A DNA stretch of 42,929 bases from an uncultured Gammaproteobacteria bacterium (GTDB taxonomy: Bacteria; Patescibacteriota; Patescibacteriia; JAACEG01): the NCBI GenBank assembly GCA_964397635.1, contig CAYNJS010000001.1, forward strand, positions 1 to 42,929, read 5' to 3'. The translations under genes were made by a program, and so were the position numbers. This document shows positions 36,265 to 42,929 of this stretch, piece by piece. The notes under the pieces are model-generated. The model was not told the origin of the DNA. It searched no databases and saw nothing but the letters and a program-made list of their open reading frames with translations. Every line of letters starts with the position of its first letter. Positions within the stretch are counted from its first letter, which is position 1.

Positions 36265-36456
36265 ATGGTTGCGTATAAAAAGATGATAGATTTGACCAAT
36301 GAATGTTTTGGTGATTTGACCCCAGAAGAAAAAGAAAAACACATAATGTATAATGCTTTTTTAGGAGCTGAATTAACCAATAAAAGTGGTAAATTTGTTT
36401 TTGATAAGGTAGACGAAAAAGCTGAAAGCATATTAAATAAAAAATTAGATAACTAA
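36265..36456 (+). CDS. Hypothetical small protein
   Basis: 63-aa ORF. It is in frame with a short upstream ORF (36166-36222) from which it is separated only by a TAA codon. Confidence 0.35.
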   Translation: MVAYKKMIDLTNECFGDLTPEEKEKHIMYNAFLGAELTNKSGKFVFDKVDEKAESILNKKLDN

Positions 36457-36525
36457 TTTATCTCAAGTACCGTAATTTATAAATTTTTCGTTTATATTTT
36501 TTGAGTATATTGAGTAAGGTAATTT

Positions 36526-37752
36526 ATGGTAAAGAAATTATTAGGCGTTATTTTATTATTGGCAATGTTTTTTTCGACTTTGTCTATTATGCCAGCTTTG
36601 GCAGTGGGCAACGGGAACAATACACCCGTGCCTACGTTAACAAAGACCGGTAATACGCCAGTAGCAGGATCTGTTATTAAGGCCAAGGGAAAACCAGCTC
36701 TTTATTATGTGGGAGAAGATGGAAAGCGTTATGTTTTTCCAAATTCAAGTACTTATTTTTCTTGGTTTAACGATTTTTCTGAAGTGCAAGAAGTTGACCC
36801 GAGAGATCTTTCTAATTATGAATTAGCTGGCAATATTAGATATAAGCCAGGGGCTATTCTTGTAAAAATTCAAAGCGATCCAAAGGTTTATGCCGTAGGA
36901 TCGAATGGACAATTACGTTGGGTTAAAACAGAGAAGATAGCTAAAATTTTATACGGAAAAGATTGGAATAAGTTAATTGACGATATTCCTGTTCATTTTT
37001 TTGGTAATTATAGAAAAGGAGATCCAATCGAAGGTGAGGAGGATTTTGAGCCAACAGAAGAAGAAGAGCAAGCGCCAACAATCGCGCATAATAGAGGATT
37101 TAAACCTTTTGCAAGGTTTAAAGCGAGAACTGCAAAGCAAAAAATGTGCGGTCGTTTAGAGGGCGCGCTTGAAAGATTGCAAAAAAGATTTAAAAGATGG
37201 GGGGCTGATATTACCAACGAAGCCGACGAAGTTTTGGATAGATGTTATGATATTAGGGATAATATAATCGATCAAATAAAAGATAAAAAAGTAATTATTT
37301 GCCATAAGGGTGAAACTTTATCAGTTGCGGCCCCAGCTCTTAAGGGACGCATAAAACATGGAGATACACTTGGGGAGTGCGGAGAAGATAGTTCAAATAT
37401 TGATGATTCAGATGACGCCGACGATCAAGATGATTCTGATGATGATCAAGGCGATGTTGATGAGACTGCACCGGTTATTTCAAATATTGTAGCCACGCCT
37501 TCTGCTACTTCTACGGTTATTATCTGGAATACAGATGAAGACAGCAAAAGTAAGGTTTATTATGCAATTGAATCATTTGTTGCGGCAACAGAAATATTTA
37601 ATGAATCCGATAATACTATGGTTACGGTTCATTCTCTAGGTTTAATGGATTTAGCCACTTCAACAGAATATTTTTATTATGTTGAATCAGAAGATGCTGA
37701 TGGTAATATTGCTACTAGTACAGAGGATACATTTATTACGCTTGTTGAGTAA
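36526..37752 (+). CDS. Secreted protein with an acidic linker and a C-terminal Fn3-like domain
   Basis: 408 aa. Signal peptide MVKKLLGVILLLAMFFSTLSIMPALA. Poly-acidic linker DDSDDADDQDDSDDDQGDVDE. C-terminal APVISNIVATPSATSTVIIWNTDEDSKSKVYY...TEYFYYVESEDADGN resembles an Fn3 or purple-acid-phosphatase N-terminal domain. Confidence 0.7.
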   Translation: MVKKLLGVILLLAMFFSTLSIMPALAVGNGNNTPVPTLTKTGNTPVAGSVIKAKGKPALYYVGEDGKRYVFPNSSTYFSWFNDFSEVQEVDPRDLSNYELAGNIRYKPGAILVKIQSDPKVYAVGSNGQLRWVKTEKIAKILYGKDWNKLIDDIPVHFFGNYRKGDPIEGEEDFEPTEEEEQAPTIAHNRGFKPFARFKARTAKQKMCGRLEGALERLQKRFKRWGADITNEADEVLDRCYDIRDNIIDQIKDKKVIICHKGETLSVAAPALKGRIKHGDTLGECGEDSSNIDDSDDADDQDDSDDDQGDVDETAPVISNIVATPSATSTVIIWNTDEDSKSKVYYAIESFVAATEIFNESDNTMVTVHSLGLMDLATSTEYFYYVESEDADGNIATSTEDTFITLVE

Positions 37753-37876
37753 TTTTTTATTCGATAAATCACTATGGTTGATGGAGATATGTTAAATTTT
37801 TGACTTAAAACCCTAACTTTAACTTCATCAACCTTGATGATATCAGAAGTATCGTCGAACTAACCTATGATTAGCT

Positions 37877-37907
37877 GGGCTTGCCTTAAAAACGCGAGCC
37901 CTTTTTT
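37877..37907 (+). terminator. Rho-independent terminator
   Basis: GGGCTTGC-N9-GCGAGCCC followed by TTTTTT. Confidence 0.7.
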
Positions 37908-37910
37908 AAT

Positions 37911-37941
37911 CCAGCACCACTTTCTTGAGTGCTGGTTTTTT
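37911..37941 (+). terminator. Second tandem terminator hairpin
   Basis: CCAGCAC-N11-GTGCTGG followed by TTTTTT. The 5' arm can alternatively pair with 37964-37974. Confidence 0.55.
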
Positions 37942-38005
37942 AAAAAAATATATTTTCCAAAGCGGTGCTGGATTAATTGACGAAAAACTTATTTGGGTGT
38001 AAAAT

Positions 38006-40006
38006 ATGGACACCGTATTAAAAACAAGCACTAATATGTTTAAAATAAGTTCGAAATTTAGCCCATCCGGAGACCAGCCGCAAGCTATAAATAAACTAAC
38101 TAAAGGGATTAAAGGTAATAAAAAATATCAAACTCTTTTAGGTGTAACAGGCTCTGGAAAAACCTTTGCAATGGCCAATGTCATTGAACAGGCTCAGAAG
38201 CCTACTCTTGTTATTGCTCATAATAAAACTTTAGCAGCCCAACTTTGTAATGAGTTTAGAGAATTCTTTCCAAACAGTGCAGTAGAATATTTTGTTTCTT
38301 ATTATGATTATTACCAACCAGAGTCTTACATGCCAAGGAGTGATACTTATATTGAAAAGGAAGCACAAATCAATGATGAGATAGACAGATTAAGACATGC
38401 CACAACTAGTGCGTTATTATCACGAAAAGATGTAATTATTGTAGCGTCAGTATCTTGTATTTATGGGCTGGGTTCCCCTGAATCATACAAAGAAGAAGTT
38501 TTACATATAGAAAAAAATACTGAAATTGATCGTACTAAATTAATGAGAAAATTAGTAGAATTGCATTTTACTAGAACTAACGCTTCTTTGAAAAGAGGGG
38601 AATTTAGATCTCGCGGTAATGTAATTGAAATTAATCCAATCGATATTGAAATTGTTTACCGAATTGAATTAAATGGCAATAAAATAGTGAATATTGTATC
38701 AATTAACCCTTTAACCAGAAAAATCAAGGAAGAACTTTTGGATTTTTGGATCTTTTCAGCCAGGCATTTTATAACTTCCGGACCAGAAAAAGAAAGAGCC
38801 GAAAAGGCGATTAAAAAAGAATTACAAGAAAGATTAAAATACTTTAAAAAAGAAGGTCTACTACTAGAAGCCGAGCGATTGGAAAGAAGAACCAATTTTG
38901 ACTTAGAGATGATTAGGGAAATTGGATATTGTAATGGAATTGAAAATTATTCAAGACATCTAACCGGAAGGGCTCCTGGAGAACCTCCTTATACTCTTTT
39001 ATCCTATTTCCCTGAGGACTTTTTAATGTTTATCGATGAATCCCATGTTACGGTTCCACAAATAGGAGGAATGTATAACGGTGATAAAGCTAGAAAAGAT
39101 AGCTTGGTCAAATATGGATTTAGATTGCCAAGTGCTTATGATAATCGACCTCTCAAATTTTATGAATTTGAAAAAAAGATAAAGCAATGTATTTTTACCT
39201 CAGCTACTCCGGCTAAATATGAAATAGAAAATTCAACCCAAGTTGTAGAACAAATTATTAGACCAACTGGCTTGCTTGATCCAGAAATCATAATTAAACC
39301 AGTAACTGGAAAAAAAGAAAACTTGAGCCAGGTTGAAGATTTAATTGAAGAGGTTAAAATTAGATCTAAGAAAAAAGAAAGAGTGTTGGTTACTACTTTA
39401 ACTAAAAAAATGGCCGAGGATTTATCAGAATATTTAGCCCAGCAGAATATTAAATCAAAATATTTACATAGTGACATTAAAACATTTGATAGGGTTAAAA
39501 TATTAACCCAATTTAGAAAAGGGGAATTTGATTGTTTAGTTGGAGTTAATCTACTTAGAGAAGGTCTTGATTTACCAGAGGTTACACTGGTTGCCATATT
39601 AGATGCTGACAAAGAAGGATTCTTAAGAAGTGAAACCTCATTAATCCAAACCATTGGAAGAGCGGCCAGAAATGTTAAAGGTCAAGTTATTTTATATGCC
39701 GATAATATTACCGGATCACTTGATAGAGCTATAAAGGAAACTAATCGAAGAAGAAAAAAGCAAATGGCCTACAATAAAAAACATAACATTAAACCACAAA
39801 CTATTAAGAAAAAAGTTAAAGATATTACAGATGGATTAAGCTTTGAAAAAGTAGAAAAGGTTTTAAATACAGAATTAAAGGCTGAGCCGCACAAAAAAGA
39901 TCAGATTATCAAACAAAAAGAATTTGAAATGAATGAGGCGGCTAAAAATTTAGAATTTGAGTTAGCGGCCATTCTTCGAGATCAAATCAAATTATTAAAG
40001 AAATAG
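38006..40006 (+). CDS. uvrB: Excinuclease ABC subunit B
   Basis: 666 aa. [12 protein letters not shown], beta-hairpin region YYDYYQPE, C-terminal UVR motif ([13 protein letters not shown]). GGGTG lies 6 nt before the ATG at 38006. An alternative start at 38036 (MFKISSKF) matches typical UvrB N-termini. Confidence 0.93.
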   Translation: MDTVLKTSTNMFKISSKFSPSGDQPQAINKLTKGIKGNKKYQTLLGVTGSGKTFAMANVIEQAQKPTLVIAHNKTLAAQLCNEFREFFPNSAVEYFVSYYDYYQPESYMPRSDTYIEKEAQINDEIDRLRHATTSALLSRKDVIIVASVSCIYGLGSPESYKEEVLHIEKNTEIDRTKLMRKLVELHFTRTNASLKRGEFRSRGNVIEINPIDIEIVYRIELNGNKIVNIVSINPLTRKIKEELLDFWIFSARHFITSGPEKERAEKAIKKELQERLKYFKKEGLLLEAERLERRTNFDLEMIREIGYCNGIENYSRHLTGRAPGEPPYTLLSYFPEDFLMFIDESHVTVPQIGGMYNGDKARKDSLVKYGFRLPSAYDNRPLKFYEFEKKIKQCIFTSATPAKYEIENSTQVVEQIIRPTGLLDPEIIIKPVTGKKENLSQVEDLIEEVKIRSKKKERVLVTTLTKKMAEDLSEYLAQQNIKSKYLHSDIKTFDRVKILTQFRKGEFDCLVGVNLLREGLDLPEVTLVAILDADKEGFLRSETSLIQTIGRAARNVKGQVILYADNITGSLDRAIKETNRRRKKQMAYNKKHNIKPQTIKKKVKDITDGLSFEKVEKVLNTELKAEPHKKDQIIKQKEFEMNEAAKNLEFELAAILRDQIKLLKK

Positions 40007-40018
40007 AGATAATTAATT

Positions 40019-40095
40019 ATGTCATTCCGGCCTCCGAGCCGGAATCCCTGCCTGCCGGCAGGCAAGTAGATTCCGTGTCAAGCACGGAATGACAT
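40019..40095. repeat. Three-hairpin GC-rich palindromic array between uvrB and uvrA
   Basis: ATTCCGG-N8-CCGGAAT, a perfect 16-nt palindrome TGCCTGCCGGCAGGCA (about 40049-40064), and ATTCCGTG-TCAAG-CACGGAAT. The outer inverted ends are ATGTCATTCC...GGAATGACAT. Confidence 0.8.
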
Positions 40096-40108
40096 ATCCG
40101 TATAATAT

Positions 40109-42664
40109 ATGAATAATAAAATAACAATTAAAGGAGCCAAAGAACATAACCTGAAAAATATAGATCTAGAACTTCCAAGGCATAAAATGATCGTTTTTAC
40201 GGGCTTATCTGGATCTGGAAAATCCAGCCTTGCTTTTGATACAATTTTTGCTGAAGGACAACGCAGATACATTGAATCACTATCAGCTTATGCTAGGCAA
40301 TTTTTAGGACAGATGCAAAAACCAGATGTTACAGAAATTGAAGGTCTTTCTCCTGCAATTTCCATTGACCAGAAGGCTCACAGTGCTAATCCTCGTTCTA
40401 CGGTAGCCACTATAACAGAGATTTATGACTACTTAAGGGTTTTATATGCAAGAATAGGAGAGCCATATTGCCCGGTCTGTGATACAAAAATAGAAAAAAT
40501 GACTGTTGAGGAGATGGTTGATATAATTGAAACAGAAGTTAAAAAAGCGGATTCCCGCTTTCGCGGGAATGACAAGAGGCGTGGTCGGGACAAAGATAAA
40601 GAAACGACCATTTTAGCGCCAATTGTTCAGGGAAGAAAGGGGGAATACTATCAAATGTTATATAATATGTATAATGAGGGTTTTATGCATGTTCGAGTTG
40701 ATGGCAAGATGAAAAAACTATCAGAAAAAATTATTTTAAATAAAAATAAACGCCACGAAATAGAATTAGTAACAGATTTATTGCCAAAAGAAGAAGTAAC
40801 AAATCTAGACAAAGACAAGAGACAAAGGCTGTCTGAATCAATTGAAAACGCTCTTGATTATGGGAATGGAATATTAATAGTTAAGCTAGCTGACGGTAAA
40901 GAAAAATTTTTATCGGCTAAATTTAGTTGTCCAAAGTGTAATTTTAGCTTTCCGGAAATCGAACCAAGACTGTTTAGTTTTAATAGTCCTTATGGAGCCT
41001 GTCCGACTTGTCATGGACTTGGAACAGAATCTTTATTTTCTAATAAAGTTTGCTTAGATTGTAATGGGAAAAGACTGCGCAGAGAGGCCCTTTCAGTTTA
41101 TATCGGTAAAAAAAATATATATGAAATTGTAAATCTCGATATAGAGAATGCTATTAATTTTTTCCTTAGCTTAAAATTAACCAAAACCAAAAAAGAAATA
41201 TCCGATGCTGTAATGAAGGAAATAATAAATAGATTGCAATTTATGATGGATGTTGGCTTGGAATATTTAACCCTAAACAGAAAAGCAGGTACATTATCCG
41301 GCGGAGAAGCGCAAAGAATTAGGCTCGCTTCTCAAGTCGGCTCTCAACTTGTAGGCGCTTTATATGTTTTAGATGAGCCAACAATTGGCTTACACCAAAG
41401 AGACAACGATAGATTAATAGAAACCTTAAAAAATCTTAGAGACTTGGGTAATACTATTATAGTAGTAGAACACGATGAAGATACAATTAGAGCGGCTGAT
41501 TATTTAGTAGACTTTGGTCCGGGAGCAGGGAAGCATGGTGGTGAGATAGTTTGCAGTGGTGAAATACCAAAAGTTTTTTGTAATAAAAAATCTTTAACTT
41601 GCCTCTATTTAAGGGGTGATAGTAAAGTACCAGTACCAGTTACCAGAAGAAAAAACAATAAAGATGCCCTAAAAATTTACGGCGCTAAACAAAATAATTT
41701 ACAAAATATTAATATAGAAATACCGCTTCGAAGGTTTGTTTGTATTACCGGAGTGTCTGGATCAGGAAAAAGCTCACTAGCTTATGATGTTCTATATACT
41801 CATCTAGCCAATAGATTAAATAGCGCTAATCACAAAAAAGGTGATTTTAAAAAAATTACCGGTTTAGAATATCTTGATAAAGCAATCTTAATGGATCAAT
41901 CTCCAATTGGTAGAACCCCAAGGAGTAATCCAGCTACTTATACAGGAATATTCACCTATATCCGGGAACTTTTTGCTGCAACGCCTGAAGCTAGATTTAG
42001 AAATTATTTACCTGGAAGGTTTAGCTTTAATGTTCCCAACGAGCGAGGTGGAGGCAGATGCGAACATTGTAGGGGTCATGGCCATATTGCAGTTGAGATG
42101 CACTTTTTACCTACTGTTTATGTTGGGTGTGATATCTGTAAAGGTAGAAGATTTGATAGAGAGACCCTAGAAGTTCACTATAAGAAAAAAAATATTGCCG
42201 ATATATTATCCATGAATGTAGAAGAGGCCTTTGAATTTTTTAAAGATATTCCACACCTTAAAGAAAGGTTAAAAGTATTGAAAGATGTAGGACTTGGCTA
42301 TATTGAGCTTGGCCAAGCCGCCACTACTCTATCTGGTGGTGAGGCCCAAAGGGTAAAACTATCTAATGAACTTGGCAAGAAGGCTACCGGTAAAACTTTT
42401 TATTTATTCGATGAACCAACTACCGGCCTGCATTTTGATGATGTTAGGCAGCTTTTAGATGTTTTGCACCGCTTAGTATTTGAAGGTAACTCCATAGTTG
42501 TAATTGAACATAATTTAGACGTTATAAAAACTGCTGATTATATAATTGACCTTGGCCCGGAGGGGGGTAACAAGGGGGGAACTGTAATTGCCACCGGAAC
42601 ATCTGAGGAAATTGTCAGAAATCCAAAAAGTTACACTGGAAAATATTTAAAGAAATATCTTTAA
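40109..42664 (+). CDS. uvrA: Excinuclease ABC subunit A
   Basis: 851 aa. Two ABC modules (GLSGSGKSSLAFDT, GVSGSGKSSLAYD; LSGGEAQR twice) and zinc modules (CPVC, CPKC..CPTCHG, CEHCRGHG..CDICKG). Confidence 0.95.
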   Translation: MNNKITIKGAKEHNLKNIDLELPRHKMIVFTGLSGSGKSSLAFDTIFAEGQRRYIESLSAYARQFLGQMQKPDVTEIEGLSPAISIDQKAHSANPRSTVATITEIYDYLRVLYARIGEPYCPVCDTKIEKMTVEEMVDIIETEVKKADSRFRGNDKRRGRDKDKETTILAPIVQGRKGEYYQMLYNMYNEGFMHVRVDGKMKKLSEKIILNKNKRHEIELVTDLLPKEEVTNLDKDKRQRLSESIENALDYGNGILIVKLADGKEKFLSAKFSCPKCNFSFPEIEPRLFSFNSPYGACPTCHGLGTESLFSNKVCLDCNGKRLRREALSVYIGKKNIYEIVNLDIENAINFFLSLKLTKTKKEISDAVMKEIINRLQFMMDVGLEYLTLNRKAGTLSGGEAQRIRLASQVGSQLVGALYVLDEPTIGLHQRDNDRLIETLKNLRDLGNTIIVVEHDEDTIRAADYLVDFGPGAGKHGGEIVCSGEIPKVFCNKKSLTCLYLRGDSKVPVPVTRRKNNKDALKIYGAKQNNLQNINIEIPLRRFVCITGVSGSGKSSLAYDVLYTHLANRLNSANHKKGDFKKITGLEYLDKAILMDQSPIGRTPRSNPATYTGIFTYIRELFAATPEARFRNYLPGRFSFNVPNERGGGRCEHCRGHGHIAVEMHFLPTVYVGCDICKGRRFDRETLEVHYKKKNIADILSMNVEEAFEFFKDIPHLKERLKVLKDVGLGYIELGQAATTLSGGEAQRVKLSNELGKKATGKTFYLFDEPTTGLHFDDVRQLLDVLHRLVFEGNSIVVIEHNLDVIKTADYIIDLGPEGGNKGGTVIATGTSEEIVRNPKSYTGKYLKKYL
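40547..40600 (+). repeat. GC-rich palindromic module inserted in-frame within uvrA
   Basis: ATTCCCGC-TTTC-GCGGGAAT perfect hairpin (40551-40570) plus GC-rich flank, encoding ADSRFRGNDKRRGRDKDK. The segment is visibly GC-rich relative to the rest of the gene. Confidence 0.75.
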
Positions 42665-42668
42665 TGTT

Positions 42669-42810
42669 ATCTCGAGTGAGTGAGGCGAGTCGAGAAATCT
42701 AAAATGTCATTCCAAGTTTTATCTTGTCATCCTGAACTAGTTTCAGGATCTATTATGTTATTCCGGACTTCAAGTAGAAATTTAGATTCCGTGTCAAGCA
42801 CTGAATGACA
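42669..42810. repeat. Array of GC-rich palindromic modules downstream of uvrA
   Basis: TCTCGA-N13-TCGAGA (about 42670-42695), ATCCTGAA-CTAGT-TTCAGGAT (42729-42749), and ATTCCGTG-TCAAG-CACTGAAT (42786-42806), which is a one-mismatch copy of the module at 40066-40092. Confidence 0.75.
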
Positions 42811-42830
42811 CAATGTTATTCAAATAAAAA

Positions 42831-42864
42831 ATCCACCGAACGTTTTCCGTTTTGGTGGATTTTG
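42831..42864 (+). terminator. Rho-independent terminator after uvrA
   Basis: ATCCACCGAACG...CGTTTTGGTGGAT stem followed by TTT. Confidence 0.6.
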
Positions 42865-42929
42865 CAATATTAAGTACTCCTGTTTTCCGCACTGGGACAC
42901 CCAAGCCCATTAAGTATTTTTAATAATAT

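Noticed and set aside
39160-39654. A 164-aa minus-strand ORF, together with other antisense ORFs (4262-4483, 5629-5913, 6706-6930, 7177-7374, 8140-8352, 15517-15789, 19125-19427, 27371-27628, 28957-29196, 30976-31188, 34470-34655, 35682-35879, 38656-38895, 41907-42170).
   Set aside because: All lie entirely within well-supported conserved genes, either on the opposite strand or in another frame. They have low-complexity S/L/F/I-rich translations typical of AT-rich shadow ORFs.
40078-40611. Minus-strand ORFs 40078-40272 and 40429-40611, the latter containing FPRKRESAF.
   Set aside because: Both are antisense to uvrA. The second is mainly a read-through of the palindromic module, which translates similarly on both strands; this is a known source of spurious hypothetical proteins.
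42866-42929. The terminal 64 nt (AAGTACTCCTGTTTTCCGCACTGGGACACCCAAGCCC...) are somewhat GC-richer and might be the edge of an RNA gene.
   Set aside because: The stretch is too short and is truncated by the window edge. I could not match it to tmRNA, RNase P, SRP or any tRNA pattern.

Overview
This is a gene-dense, low-GC bacterial chromosome segment (roughly 30% G+C by eye). Short AT-rich leaders, modest protein sizes and a type IV pilus locus with no secretin suggest an uncultivated small-genome lineage such as CPR/Patescibacteria; that placement is inference only. The standard genetic code fits: long ORFs stay intact and TGA is used as a stop.

Contents, in window order:
- Start of window: a partial tRNA-Ser(UGA) on the minus strand, a small membrane protein, and a tRNA-Arg(GCG) abutting recG.
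- Convergent radA.
- A minus-strand proteostasis block: htpX, clpC, a small TM protein, a TM-anchored PD40/TolB-like beta-propeller, and another small TM protein.
- A class II Fic protein with a palindrome over its promoter.
- An unusual three-gene operon: an NNMT/PNMT/TEMT-family methyltransferase homologue, a pyruvoyl AdoMetDC-like decarboxylase with an N-terminal extension, and a DUF4239-like membrane protein.
- lemA.
- An approximately 11.7 kb type IV pilus locus: pilM, pilN-like, pilO-like, a small RNPF-motif protein, pilB, a CheY-like receiver, pilC, the major pilin, pilD, and four minor pilins including a pilin-beta-propeller fusion.
- ligA, gatC and gatA, a small hypothetical protein, and uppP.
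- A small membrane protein followed by an atypical zinc-ribbon, 2-TM-anchored Clp/Hsp100 paralogue.
- A secreted protein with an acidic linker and an Fn3-like domain.
- uvrB and uvrA.

The most striking non-genic signal is that the intergenic spaces are saturated with modular repeats. These are AT-rich heptad-periodic arms enclosing GC-rich palindromic modules. Copies sit inside operons, and one GC-rich module is inserted in-frame in uvrA. Perfect 4x7-nt tandem repeats lie inside pilD and inside the leader-peptide codons of a minor pilin. An approximately 100-nt direct repeat brackets the minor-pilin module.

All homology calls come from motif recognition by eye; no searches were run.
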